DNA of 59,825 bases, the filler included, from Sphacelaria rigidula (lineage: Eukaryota), in NCBI GenBank assembly GCA_964200075.2. It is 5 parts of 5 records of this genome, joined end to end, with 100 filler letters (N's around TTAATTAATTAA, not from the genome) between each part and the next. Parts side by side here need not be neighbours in the genome. Positions count along the whole stretch, not along the records: positions 23,973 to 35,857 come from CAXNAA020004377.1; positions 35,958 to 47,841 come from CAXNAA020004378.1; 3 more parts are not named here. One strand, given 5' to 3'. Positions 23,973-36,102 of this stretch are shown here, piece after piece. The position numbers and the translations under genes were made by a program. Numbering within the stretch: the stretch's first letter is position 1; every line of letters starts with the position of its first letter. The notes beneath the pieces are model-generated. The model saw only the letters and a program-made list of their open reading frames with translations, was not told the DNA's origin and ran no database searches.

Positions 23973-26267
23973 AATGGACACAATCCCGGGGAGCGGTGGA
24001 TTCTCATTTCAAAATACCTTCTCATTTTTCTGGCAACCCTGTTACATGTTCTTCTCCATTTGATGAACAAAAACTTCTCTTTCCAACTATCTCTCTTTCC
24101 CGGCGCGTTGCCGCCCACGTCGAAGACAAAGATGGCTCCCCCCAAATCTTCCTGTGTTTTCGGCAGTCACAGCCTCTCACTCAACATGACCCGACCGATC
24201 GCATTTTTCAGATCCTCTCACTTTCATAAATGAATATTTCTCCGTCCATGTAATGAAGAATAATTTATCTTTCAATTGATATCTCTTTTCCGGCGCGCTG
24301 CAGCCCACTCCTCATCACTCTCCCATCCACTGAACTGCGACAAAACAGAGGGAGAGGTTGCAAAGGGAAATGTTGTGGACATGGTGTGGCCAAAAGGAAT
24401 ATCCAACATTGAGGTAGTGGCAGTTCCCAAAGGAAATCCACATGAAGCGGTACTGTTTGGTTGTATTCAACATTCAGGCAGTACAGACAGTACAGACAGT
24501 ACAGACGGTGCAGTGCTGGCCTGTACTGTCTGTACAATATGTGTGTTGGGCCCGTTCGTTGCCGACAAATTGCAAAGCCATATCTGCCAACAAATGTGTT
24601 GTACCGGGAAAGATCACCTGATTCGCCGCCTCGCTTGTTCGCCACTCCTTGCCTCTATGGACATGCTCTTCTCTCTACTTGCTTTGACGTGTTCCTACCA
24701 CCTACCATTTCGATATACCCTGCGCAGGCGAACGCTGCAGACATGCACGTGCGGTGCAGTACAGCAACACTATCACCATCATCCATCGATCAGGGGGGTA
24801 CCCCGCCTCCTCATATTGAGTAGCCCCCCTCCTACAGCCAGCCCCAGAGTGAGGCTTTAGCGACCTGGGGGATGGTGGTGCCGTTATTTTCCGACATGAG
24901 ACCCCTCATCCTAGCGTTCAGCTGCTTGACGCTTGACGCTGTCTCTTGTCTGCCCGAGAAGCAACAGTTTGCAACTTATCGTCTATGGCATACCGGGAAG
25001 CAAGCCCTGTACGTGTGCTTGAAAACAGGCATGGTGGTGGCTGGGAGTAGTGCGGGACGACCTGGCGGGAATTTGCGGGGAAACGGTCCGCGTCTTAGCG
25101 CCGGCTCGCTGCGGGCCCTTGCGAATGTAGAGCAAGGACGATCACACGAACACGATTTATGCTTCAGTAAAACTTCACGCAACCGTGTGATGACACATCA
25201 CCATACCCCGGGTGCGTGCGACAGACCTTCATTTTAGAGACATTACACGTGGACAGCTAGAACCCTGTGGAGCGCACTGTGCAGGGTCCGTACAGGGTCC
25301 TCCACAGTCTTTGTGAAAAACCCTGGCAGTGAAAACGCAAATCTGTACCTGTCGTGGCGTTTTTGTCAAACCCCTGCAAGCAACCCCGTGGAGGGCCGTC
25401 CCAATTTTGAAATTGTTTTTTCGGAAATTTCAAATTATTTTGGTATAAAACATGTAAATTTACATATTTCAAATCGCTTGCCCTGTTGTCCGAGATAAAT
25501 CCCTTTTTGCCAGATTCAAAACGTGCAAAAAGGAGTTTGTCTCGGACAGCAGGACAAGCTATTCAAAACAGATCTTTTTCTCGCCCAATTTATTTGGGCA
25601 AAAAAAGGATTTACTTCGAACAGCAGAAGAACCTATTCGAAATAGATCCTTTTTTCGCCCATTTATGTTGACCTATTGAAAATGGATTATTTTTTCGCCC
25701 ATTTACATTGGGCGAAAAAAGGATCCATTTTCAATAGGTTCTTCTGCTGCACAAATCCCATGCACACCGGTAAATTTGTTATTCGAACAGCAGAAGAAGC
25801 TCGAAATAATTCTTCACTTCGCCCACCAATTCATCCGGAAATTAGTCAAGAAGATATTCATGGCAAACAGCGTCAGCTGGGCATATCCCGCATACTGCAC
25901 CGTTATCAGCGTATGGGATCCGACACGCAAAACCAATTATTGAAAGTAATTCATCCTTCTGCCCCCCAGTTCATGTATACATATGGGCTAAAGGATGAAT
26001 AGTTCTCAACAGCTTTTGCTGAATGGAACTCCAACTCACCGATTACGAGTGTATGTCCACACGCCTACGAGCTTTTAGATACGACGCTTCGGCTCAAGAC
26101 ATGGTGGGATGACGGTATATATTTCGCATATGAGTCCACATAGCGGATGAAAACCCCGTGGTCCGTAGTCTACCAAAAATCTCTCAATCGAGCATGCTTT
26201 TGTTTATGGATGTTTTTGCTCGATAGTTATTGAAAGCACAAAATAATGGCCTTGACAGTAACAAATC

Positions 26268-26335
26268 GGGTAGCTCAATATGTAACTCATCGCACGCCCA
26301 AGCACGGAATCGTGAGTTTAATCCTCACCACTGCA
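26268..26335 (+). repeat. tRNA-derived fragment
   Basis: gggtagctcaatatgtaa (A-box-like) followed by gtgagtttaatcctcac (T-arm/B-box-like); degenerate. Confidence 0.35.
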
Positions 26336-26450
26336 ATTTCTCGACCGTTTTTTTCTGCCAGTACCATGCCCCTGCTGTATGGAGTATATTGTATGTGCGC
26401 TATAAAGGTTGTACAGCATATTCACAACAATGAACAGTACTCGGGGTGAC

Positions 26451-26617
26451 GAAACCCTGTGAAGCGTACTGTGCGGCGCGAAAGAAAAACCTACAGCCAA
26501 ACCCCCGCGATAAACACTGCACAGTTTCCCTGAAGCCCTGTGAAGCGTACCGTGTGGCGCAAAAGAACACCCTACAGCTAAATCCCCGCGAAAAACACTG
26601 TACAGTTTCCATGAACC
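26451..26617. repeat. Tandem duplication, 2 x 81 bp
   Basis: gaaaccctgtgaagcgtac... at 26451 and gaagccctgtgaagcgtac... at 26532. Confidence 0.9.
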
Positions 26618-27010
26618 CCGGAGACGTGCCCCGTAGGGTGCGATCTGTCCACGTGTGCACTTTGAAGATTTTAGAGACACTTCTAACAAGGGTCCAGCTG
26701 AGACCACTCCGGTCTCACCGCCGCAATCCAAGACCAACGTCACAAAAACCGAAATAAATTGAAATTGGTAGCGCCGTGGGCACAGGGTAGTATATATACA
26801 GATATACGAGCATGCGCATATTCGTGTGTCGTGCATATGCCGTTCGTGAGTGTGCAAAGTAAAAAAAGGTCCTGGAAATGGGAAAAAAACGTTTCGCATG
26901 GAAGCTAACGGACGTTGAAACTGCTTATTGTAGATAACATGACCTTTCGCCCTCTCTGAGCGTAGAACGGCCGACTTCAGACGCCAGCTACATATATGCA
27001 TATATACATA

Positions 27011-30000
27011 TCTCCCCGACCGCCACCCGTCTGGGGTTGGTTGCGTCGGGGTAGGCTGTCCCCCTCGACAACAAAACCAGTAGGTAAGGGAGGGTAAGTT
27101 GACCTACTGGCATGTCTGCGTATCGTGTCAGTGGTAAGGCAACATACAGTCTCGGTAGTGGGTCATGTCGACGGTGCTAATGCCCAGGCTCAACCCTACA
27201 GCTTCGGAGTTCCACCCCAGAATGCGAACCAAACTGAACCCCGCAGCTGTAGCGTTTTACCCGGCGATGAGACACTGTCACGGAAAGCACGTTGATGGAG
27301 ATGAGGCATGTGTGATCAAATATCAGATTTGGCGGACTGGAGACAGCGGCCGACGCGGGGTGGGAAGGCTGCACCCTTCCCGCGAGACCAACAAACAAGG
27401 CAAGTACCGTGATAGACGTGCCCAAGAAAAATCGGAACAGAAACAACAGCTCGCCCGTACAACTAGGGGGCGGAACAGACGAAGGAGAGCAGAACGAAGA
27501 GAATACGCGTGAATAAAAAAAAGACCCCAGCTAGGACGCGTAGTGGGGAGCTCAAAGTGGCTACCTATAACGTCCGCCCTCACGGGAAAGGACGAAGCTG
27601 GCCATGCTGAGGTGGTCCTGAGAAAATGTCAGGCAGTCGGATGTGATGTGATCAGGCTACAGGAAACGAGGAGACCACGTCGATCCGAGTTTTGTGCGGT
27701 GGGATACCGCGTCTTTTGTTGCGGGGCAGAGGAGGTCAAGGGAGGGGCTGGTCAACATGGGGTTGGGTCGGCGGTCAAGAAGTCGATCATCAGCACGGCG
27801 ACGTGGACTCAGGCACTCATCAACGAACGCCTCATGTCGATGACGTTCAACCTAGCGGGAAAATCAAATGCTGCTATGTTTGTTGTTGTATACGCCCCGA
27901 TAAACACTCCACAGTCGAAAGAAGAAAGAGATGTATTCTGGACTGAGTTAGACGCCATTGTGAAGCGTATCCCCCACAAGCATCACCTGTTTATTTTGGT
28001 GGACGCTAAGGCGAGGACTAGACTACGAACAGGCGAGGAGAAACTCCCGATCCAACGACAGAAACGGCACATCTCTAATGCAATTTTCAGGCGACAGCGG
28101 GCTTTCCCTGGTCAACACGTTCTTTTCCACTCCCAAGGGAAACACCTCGCGTACGTTCAACGGTGTTGGAAATCACCCCGCGGACAGAAAACGCATTGAC
28201 TACATCATCACACGGCAAGATCGCCCCTGGCTTGTTCGCAATGTCACCGTCCACCTCCAACCCCCCACCTCGCCGGACTCTGAACACAACATCGTGTGCG
28301 CCTCAGTGCGGCTCCTTGGTCGCTTCGCACACAACAGACCAAGACGAATCCCAGTTGGGCGTACACCGATCGACAGACGGGCTAAAGTATCTGACCCCGT
28401 CAGACGTGAGCAGCCAACTAGCTCATTATCACGAGCTCGAACAGAGTATACCTGGTGATACAGTTAGTTCACTGGCTACGAACTTTGCCGACGTACTCTC
28501 GAGTGCCGCTGAAAAGGTGGTACCCCGTTCGACCCGAAAGCCACGTATACCGGGGTGGTTCGAGGGTGCTGAAATCTGAACGTAATTCGAAGAGGCCTGG
28601 ATGGAGAGAGAAAGGGCGAGATCAACGGTGAGACTGGGGTCATCTCGAGATGAACTCGCATGGCGCATATTGCGAGCAGCATGTAAAAACTTGAAAAAAG
28701 TGATCGAAGTTGGGGTTGACAAATATATGAATGTGTATGCTAGAGACCTAGAGGAGTATACTCGAGCGGGGGACATGAGAGGATGGTACAGGCATCTCAA
28801 CGGAGGTTGGAGACTATCTGGACGACCAATCGAGAGTGAGCAGTACATTCGAGATGAGGACGGCAATTTACTGCGGGACGGAGGTGTGATCAGTGGGAGA
28901 TGGAAGCGGTAGTTCATTGCATTGCTGGACGCCATATCGGCAACTATCGACTGCACCATTATCGAGAAGATTGCTCAACGACTAATAGCGTTGTCAATAC
29001 GAGACCCACCAAGCCCAAGTGAAACTGAAGAGGCTCTGAGGGCGATGTCGAATGGCAAAGCAACCGGTCCGGATGATATTCCTGCTGAAATCCTTAAGCT
29101 TGGAGTCAACGGGGAGGCGTCGGACATTCTGTACCACTTCCACGACATCGTCTCTGCGGTTTGGACATCTGGCGAGGTGCCGCAAGAATGGAAAGGTGTC
29201 ACCATCATAATGCTACACAACAAACAAGCTAGGACCCAGTGTAGCAACTTCAGAGGCATTTCACTTGTGGCATATACTGCTAAAGTTCTCCTTAAAGTCG
29301 TAGCCAACAGGCTCGGTGAGTTTTGTGAGGAAATAGATGTCTTCCCGAAAGAGCAGTGTGGATTTAGACGCCAAAGATCGACCATAGACATGATGTTCGT
29401 AGTACGGCGACTCCAGGAGTTGGGACGGGCAAGTAACATCCCAATAAGCATGTGCTTTATTAATCTGCATAAAATCTGCATTCTGTAGACCGCACGCTCC
29501 TGTGGGAAGTGGTGGCTCGGTTCGGAGTCCCGTCGCGAATGATCACGATTATCCGTATGTTTCACGACGGCAAACGAGCTCGAGTACAGCTAGATAGTGG
29601 CGAACTATCAGCGTGGTTCGACGTCTGCCAGCCCTCCAGTTTCTGGCTGCGCGGACCCCTGTGGCAGATGAAAAAATAGGGGTGAAGCGTAGATATTCTG
29701 CGGCAAATACTGCACGATTTCGACCCCTGATCCAAGCACTCTTGGGCTTGAACGACGGCTAGTAGTTAGTTTTACCACCCTGCAGAGTTTTAGCTTGCGG
29801 ACATTCGCACGGCATCAGTAATCTTCGATTGCGTGTACGAAAGATATGTTGGAGAATGACTTTTTCGCTTGTAAGGTACTCAGATAAGGTTGCGTTTTGT
29901 CTCCGCTGCTGTTCAACATCTTCGGAGCAGGCTTGATGGAAGTGATCGTCCAGCGGTTTACGGTGGACCCAGTCATTATCTCAGACTTGGTATTTCTACA

Positions 30001-31320
30001 TGATGCGCCACAAGGTGCCCATGGTGAACCCGTGGGAGAGACGCCGCTTGAAAAAGCGCGACGCGCGGTGTGGGCGATGCTTTATGCGGACGACGCCGGT
30101 ATAGCCTCGAAGACCTCAGAAGACCTCACTCGAATGATGGCCGTGATAATGATGACCTGCCAGGAATTCGGCCTGATGGTGTCCGAGAGCAAGACAGAGT
30201 CCATGCGCCTTTGATCAGTACCCAGTTCCACGGAGGCCACCCTGGATATCAACGCTGCCGGTCAACGGCATAAGCAGACGGGGAAGTTCATCTACCTTGG
30301 TGGAGCAATCAGCACGGATGCGAAAACGTCCATCGAAACCAACCGCCGTATCAGCGCGGCGTTGGCGCGTATCCGCAAATATAGTTCCCAACGCTGCGAC
30401 CGACCCCACGCCGAGCTACCCTTGAAAGTTCGACTGCTTAAAGCGGAGGTGGTAGAAGCTCCGTTGTATGTATGGGTGTGCCACATGGACGCTACGTTCT
30501 GAGGATTCGACGGTCTGCGCACTGCCCATCACAAGCTCTTGCTGCGAGTGGTTGGATTCCGCGGGAACAATCGAAATGGCTACAAGACTCTTTCGTGCAG
30601 AGCGGTGCTCGAGATGACCAACTGCGAACGTATCGAGACGACTATCCGCTAACGTCAACTCTTGTTCGCGGGATCCCTTACCCGGCAGAAGGACACACGC
30701 CTTCCTAAGCGTGTCATGAGCGGTCGGCTTTCCACATGAGGACCCAAGGAGGTCGGCCGCCCCCGAGCTATGGGAGGATACCCTAAAGGATAACCTACGT
30801 GCGCTAGGGGCTGTTCCCCACAAAGGAGCCCGACGAAAGGGGTTCGTCTACGGTGTAGAGGTTAACGATGCATACGATTGGGTCACTGCGGCGAAGAACA
30901 TGGGCAAATAATGGTATATTGGAGTCGAAAAGGGAGCGCAAGAGTTTGAGGACACGTGGCGACGCGCAGAAAAGCGAGAATCAGACTGCCGTCACAAGGG
31001 AGAGGCTGCTGTGTCGAGGACTGCCAATCGGAGAATCCTGTCTGCTCATATCGGTTGTTGTTCATGTCCTTAGTTGGTGGCTCTGCGGTGCCCACTGGTG
31101 GGTACCTGTATCTACTCTGCTGTTTGAGATTTTGGCCTTTTCCTTCTCTTTTGTTTCAATCGTTTTATTGTATTTCATTTCATTTACTCCTTACTGTCCT
31201 CTTCTTCTCCTTTTTTTGTTTTTTAGGTCTGCCATTTCTTTTTGTGCTTTGCTTGTATTGACGTTTTTATGGTTATTTTGGTTCTGTTACGACTTACAGT
31301 AGTTATTTGCAGGATCCGTA
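27011..31320 (+). mobile_element. Near full-length, inactivated non-LTR retrotransposon (RTE clade): 5' UTR, single PAM2-APE-RT ORF, 3' UTR
   Basis: APE motifs: LKVATYNVR, LQETR, VVYAP, IDYI, DSEH. RT motifs: GPDDIPAE, NFRGISL, EQCGFRRQRSTIDMMF, LR*GCVLSPLLFNI, YADD (30083-30094), FIYLG. RTE-type C-terminus RLPKRVM...GRP. The ORF has many stops and frameshifts, and the 3' UTR matches 53371-53580. Confidence 0.93.
27165..31000 (+). pseudogene. Endonuclease-reverse transcriptase pseudogene with N-terminal tandem PAM2 motifs
   Basis: Fragmented across ORFs 27165-27512, 27543-28199, 28078-28458, 28601-28912, 28922-29488 and 29897-30214, plus unlisted frames. Confidence 0.9.
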
Positions 31321-33361
31321 GTTTTGAATTTTATACTGAAAATAGACCGAACGCGTGATTCCGCCGCTTTTTTTCATCATGCTTCAGCCAACATCGCGGG
31401 CATGCCAGCAAGGATATCTGGGGGTACAGTGCTCCCCCCGCGTGAACAAAGATATCGTGATAACCGCCGTCAAGTGGAGAAGCCGAATATTCGCGTATTA
31501 CAGGGTCAACTGCCGCGTCTGGTGAACACGGTGGGTGGGAAGAACCCCCACAAATCAGGTGGTACGCTGCGAACTTGAAGATTGGGGCTGTCAGGAAACA
31601 CACTGAAAGCCTTGCATGTAACGGCCACAACAGTAGAGAATAACACTCGCACAGGGTCCGTAGAGAGCACATAAAGGCTGTAAAAAAAACAGTTTTGAAA
31701 ACAGAGCCCTATCGGCGCCAAACGACCGAGGTGAGCATCACCGCTGCATGGCGGGTTTTGGGCCGTTACGGGCCGTCCTCTTGGGGTCCTGCAAAGTTAA
31801 CGTGGACGAATCTCGACACCCACATCTTCCACAGGCCCTCCTGGGGCCACCACAGCGCCTTGACAGCTGCTTTCACTGGCAGTGGAACGTTCACCACGGT
31901 AGGTGAACCGAATTTGACAAAAAGAACAGCTTGATTGGTGTTTTGACTACTTCCGCGCAGGTTCGGCACGTTGACAACAAGGTCTGCAGAAGATCTACTC
32001 GAAGCTGAGCCCCTATAAGGTGAGGCCCACGTACTACACGGTCTGTACAGCCTGCGTACCTGCGTGTACAACTCCATCACGGAGCCCCCCTCAACACAAA
32101 ATGGCGCCAAGGCGACGACCTCATATCATAGAGAGACAAAAACACCCGTTGGCACGGGCGAAGAAGTGCCTTTGACCGCTGACAACCGCTCGCTCGCGAT
32201 GGCCCTCGAGCTGGGCAGAGGGGCTGAAATGCTGGAAGCGGACTCGCACTGGCTCTAAAAATCGGTGAAGCAGTACAGGCTGCACAGGCAAAGAACGTAC
32301 GCACAGATCGCTATCCAATCACTACAATCAACGCCAACCTCGACTGTTTTGTGTCATGTGCCCTCCCCACGTGCAGGAAAGCCCAGGACAACGCGGAGGG
32401 AGCTGCTTGCACTGTCTGTACAGTAGCGCAGCCTGGACACACACCCGCAGCCAAAACCAGGTGAGGCCAAGCACACAGCGATGTTCACAGTCGCGCACAA
32501 AACTATTGAAAACAGCATACGCTTACCCCAATAACAGCGCGAGGATGTAATGCAGCACTGTCACGCTCGCCTCCAGTCCAGTCCTCTCCCTTTCTCCCAC
32601 TCGTGTGCACCGCTACCTGTCTGTGTGAGAGGGGTCATTTCACACCCAAATACTGTCACGGTATAAACCACCCCCGTGATAGAAAGACACCAAATTGCAC
32701 CCGTCTGGAAGCGCCATAAGCCAGCCAGCCGCTTGTGCCTTCATGGTGCGCGCTCACCTTACAATACGCTTGTGCTTTCACGGTCAACCCCTATGCAAAC
32801 GCCAGTGCCTTACCGTGGTCGAAACCACAGCGGCAATCACGCCCACCTGTTTCCTGTACACACCCCATGCCGCGCGCAACTGTCGTACCGTCACCAACAC
32901 CATTCACTCCACCATGCCGCTGTAATCACACGCGAGTATCGCGCCGACAGCCCTCAAGCAGTATCACCAGGGACTATTCGATTGTGCATGCCTGTGGCGT
33001 CGCACCAACGCAGCATAATGCATGGGGGTTACCCGCTCATATATCATGCTGTTTACCATCCCCCCTCGCCGCTTATTTCCATGGGCCGCACGCGGCCTAC
33101 GACGCGCCGCCATCACTCTGTCCACCGCACCCGCCGTTTACCCCTTGCGCCATGAGGTTCTCCCCGCAAGAGGGCGCCGAAATACAGGGATCTGCGGCAG
33201 AACCTTGGGGCTAGAGTACCCGTGTTGCCTCCCCCTTGCGCGGTATAGTACTGTAGGACACAGTACTGTCCGGTATCGGGCACACACAACTTCATTTCAG
33301 CTTGGCGGTGATCACGAAACCGACCCTGCCTCCCGCTACTATCCATACAACAGGCCCCGGT

Positions 33362-34854
33362 ATGTCGACCCCTAAGCAAAGAAAACCCATGAAGGTGATG
33401 CAACAGCTTAGAGCTTCGGCGGCGAAAAAGATTAGGCACGAGAAGCGACATCAGAGACTGGTGCGTGATTTTTTGGACGACAGGATGCAGGATAAGAAGA
33501 CGTGGAAGCGATGTATGGAATTTTTGAAGAGGAAGCAAGGGCAGCGTGTGGGCGCAGAGACGGTGAGTGCACATCACTGGAACATGTACAGAATGATTTG
33601 TTGCTAATTATGTGAATAGGAAACATGTGATCACGCGGGGCGATCAGTGCCGCTAGCATTCCCATTTGTTCGCCATGGTAACTCTGCATGCTGTGGGCAC
33701 AGAGCTGACACCCCTGCCGTCATAGATAACATCGAACGGCTGCGTTGACTCATCACATCAATCAACAACATGAACGAGGATACTTTTCCGCATTGCAAGC
33801 AATACCGCCGAAGTATACTCCTGTGAGGCAATCATCGCATCACGAAAAACGTACTGCAGTACCCTAGAGCCCCCGCGCCCCGGCCGCATCGCGACTCAAA
33901 CCCTCTCTGTCCAAAGGCGGGACAGGCTTTTCATGAATACTACACGCATCGTTCCGCCGATGTTGAGAAGTCGCAGGCCCTGACGACGGTGTACTCCAAC
34001 CTCGGGATATCACGGTCCACCATGCAATCACTCATCGACCGCTTCGAGAGTAGGAGGCAGCTTGGCTCCACTGTTGAACGTACGGGCATAGAGAGCACCG
34101 TCTTCACCCCCGAGGTACAGTCAAGGATGGCGAAGAAAACCGATCATACCAAGACCATTGGGCAGGCAGTGACAGTGCGTCTTCTGCAGCGCTGGCTTGC
34201 CAGTAGCCCCGATGCAAGCGACCCCCACGACGAAGACCGCGAACCGCTCAACGTTGCGGAAAGTGCCGTGGCGCGATGGCTGGGGCAAATGGGCTACCGC
34301 TCGCAGGAGGCGAAGGCGGGATATCGCGTGACGGAGGAACGAAAAGCGCGTCTAAGATAATTCCTCATCGATTTTTCGGAGGCGAAGGAGAACGAAATGT
34401 CCGGAGAGAATGTGATCACGTTTATGGACGTGATACCTTCATGTAGGTCGCCGAATGAAGAAATCAATTTTCCCCGAAGGGGGAAACAGGTCGTTCAATA
34501 CTGCCCGGGCTGAAAAAGCGCATGATCCTTGTCCACGCCATCACCGAGTATGGACCTCTTGTCGCCAAGGAATACTGCGACCCAGATACGGGCATCCCGA
34601 AACCCGAAGGGTGGTTTCATGCCTGCAGTTCGACGGCATGTCCGCGTCTCCGTGGCGGCGCTGGTGTTGTCGGTGGACGGGGGGCGCGAAGGAAACGGAA
34701 CAGTACCGGGCGGAGCGATGGCGATGTCGGCGACGGAGGCGGGGATGCTGACGACAGGAAACGACACGCCACCAGTGGGCAGGGGGGGGGGGGGGGGGGG
34801 GCCACAAAACCGGGGAGGGGGGGGGGCCCCCGGGGGGGGCCCAANNNNNNNNNN

Positions 34855-34892
<38 letters not shown>

Positions 34893-34913
34893 CGAGGGAA
34901 GGAAGGAAGGGGG

Positions 34914-34950
<37 letters not shown>

Positions 34951-35812
34951 GGCATTCAATCACGGATAGTGAGGCGGCCCCCAGGCGGGGACCAAAAAGT
35001 CGTCATGTCGCCCGTGCTCGTGCGAACACGGAAGATAAAAAAAAGGAAATCGTAGCGCCCAGGGACGCGCCGGAGGCGACGGGACGGCCGCCGCCCGAAA
35101 TGCACGGCGGCCTCCTTGTAATGGCAACGATCGTTGGGGCCGCATCCTCAGGAGAAACACCATGGCTACGAACGGCAAGAGGGCGACCTCGGGCGGAGAC
35201 GAGGGTGTTGGCCGTATCGGGAGCGGCGCCGCGGGTGCCGGCAATGGCCGCATTGCAGACATGAAGGAGAAGGCAGCCGACGAGGGTGGGGCCGGCGCAC
35301 GGGTCCAGCGGAGGGGGGGGGGGGCAACGCCTGTGCGGTCTGCGGCTGCGGGTGACGGCGGCGTCAAGGGTGAGGCGAAAGGGAGGCGGCAGCACGCTAA
35401 CACCAATTCTGGCTCTGATAAAGACAAATGTGCGGCGAATCGTCGACCTGCACCGGCGGGCGATGCAAGCGGCCGCGAGGTGCCTCCTCACGACGAGAAT
35501 TTCTCTGCCGCAAGTGAGGCGATGCATGCGGGGAGTCACAAACGTGACGACGACGCGACCACTGGTTCCCGCGTGAACATCGATGAGTTGTTCACTGCCG
35601 AGATGCTGTTCGAAGCGGGGGAGAATTCGGCGAAGTCCGATTACCACAAAAACATGGACGCCGACATGTTCGAGCAGTTGGACGCCGACATGTTCGAGCA
35701 GTGGTTGGAGAAGCAATTTCTCCCCACTTTCCAGAAGAAGCATCCGGGAAAGCGGGTCATCTTAGTGCTCGACAATGCAGCATATCACCACGGCAGACAC
35801 TTTCTACGATAG
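33362..35812 (+). pseudogene. IS630/Tc1/mariner-type DDE transposase pseudogene, one intron, 3' truncated by contig end
   Basis: Exon 1 33362-33562 (|gtgagt) joins in phase to 33917 (ccaaag|). Motifs: HTH-like LGISRSTMQ, RWLGQMGY, first Asp motif VITFMD (34427), KRMILVHAITEYG, DYHKNMD..MFEQWL..QFLP and ILVLDNAAYHH (second Asp 35771). There is a stop at 34358 and frameshifts near 34430-34520. Confidence 0.82.
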
Positions 35813-35857
35813 CCCCCCCCCCAAAAGTGCATGGTTTTGGGAGGCAAAATGTTCACG

Positions 35858-35957
35858 NNNNNNNNNNNNNNNNNNNNNNNNNNNNNNNNNNNNNNNNNNN
35901 NTTAATTAATTAANNNNNNNNNNNNNNNNNNNNNNNNNNNNNNNNNNNNNNNNNNNN
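35858..35957. other. Artificial contig linker
   Basis: N44-TTAATTAATTAA-N44. Confidence 0.97.
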
Positions 35958-36102
35958 GGTACACGCAGCCCAGACACGTGGAATGGCGCGAAAGTCGCGT
36001 GGATACCCCTTGGACCAGCAGTCAACTTATTTCTCCCTCTCGGGCAATCAGGCCGAAGATATGGTGGATTTGATGGTTAGTAGCCGTGATGATTCGTCTT
36101 AA

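Noticed and set aside
26451-26617. Tandem repeats as a CRISPR-like array or repeat protein
   Set aside because: Only two head-to-tail units with no spacers, in a eukaryotic context without cas genes. The same applies to 5828-6047.
28429-29565. Long minus-strand ORFs (176 and 196 aa)
   Set aside because: Antisense shadows of the LINE coding region.
32651-32680. tactgtcacgg as the left TIR of the Tc1-like element
   Set aside because: The right end lies beyond the contig, so it cannot be verified.
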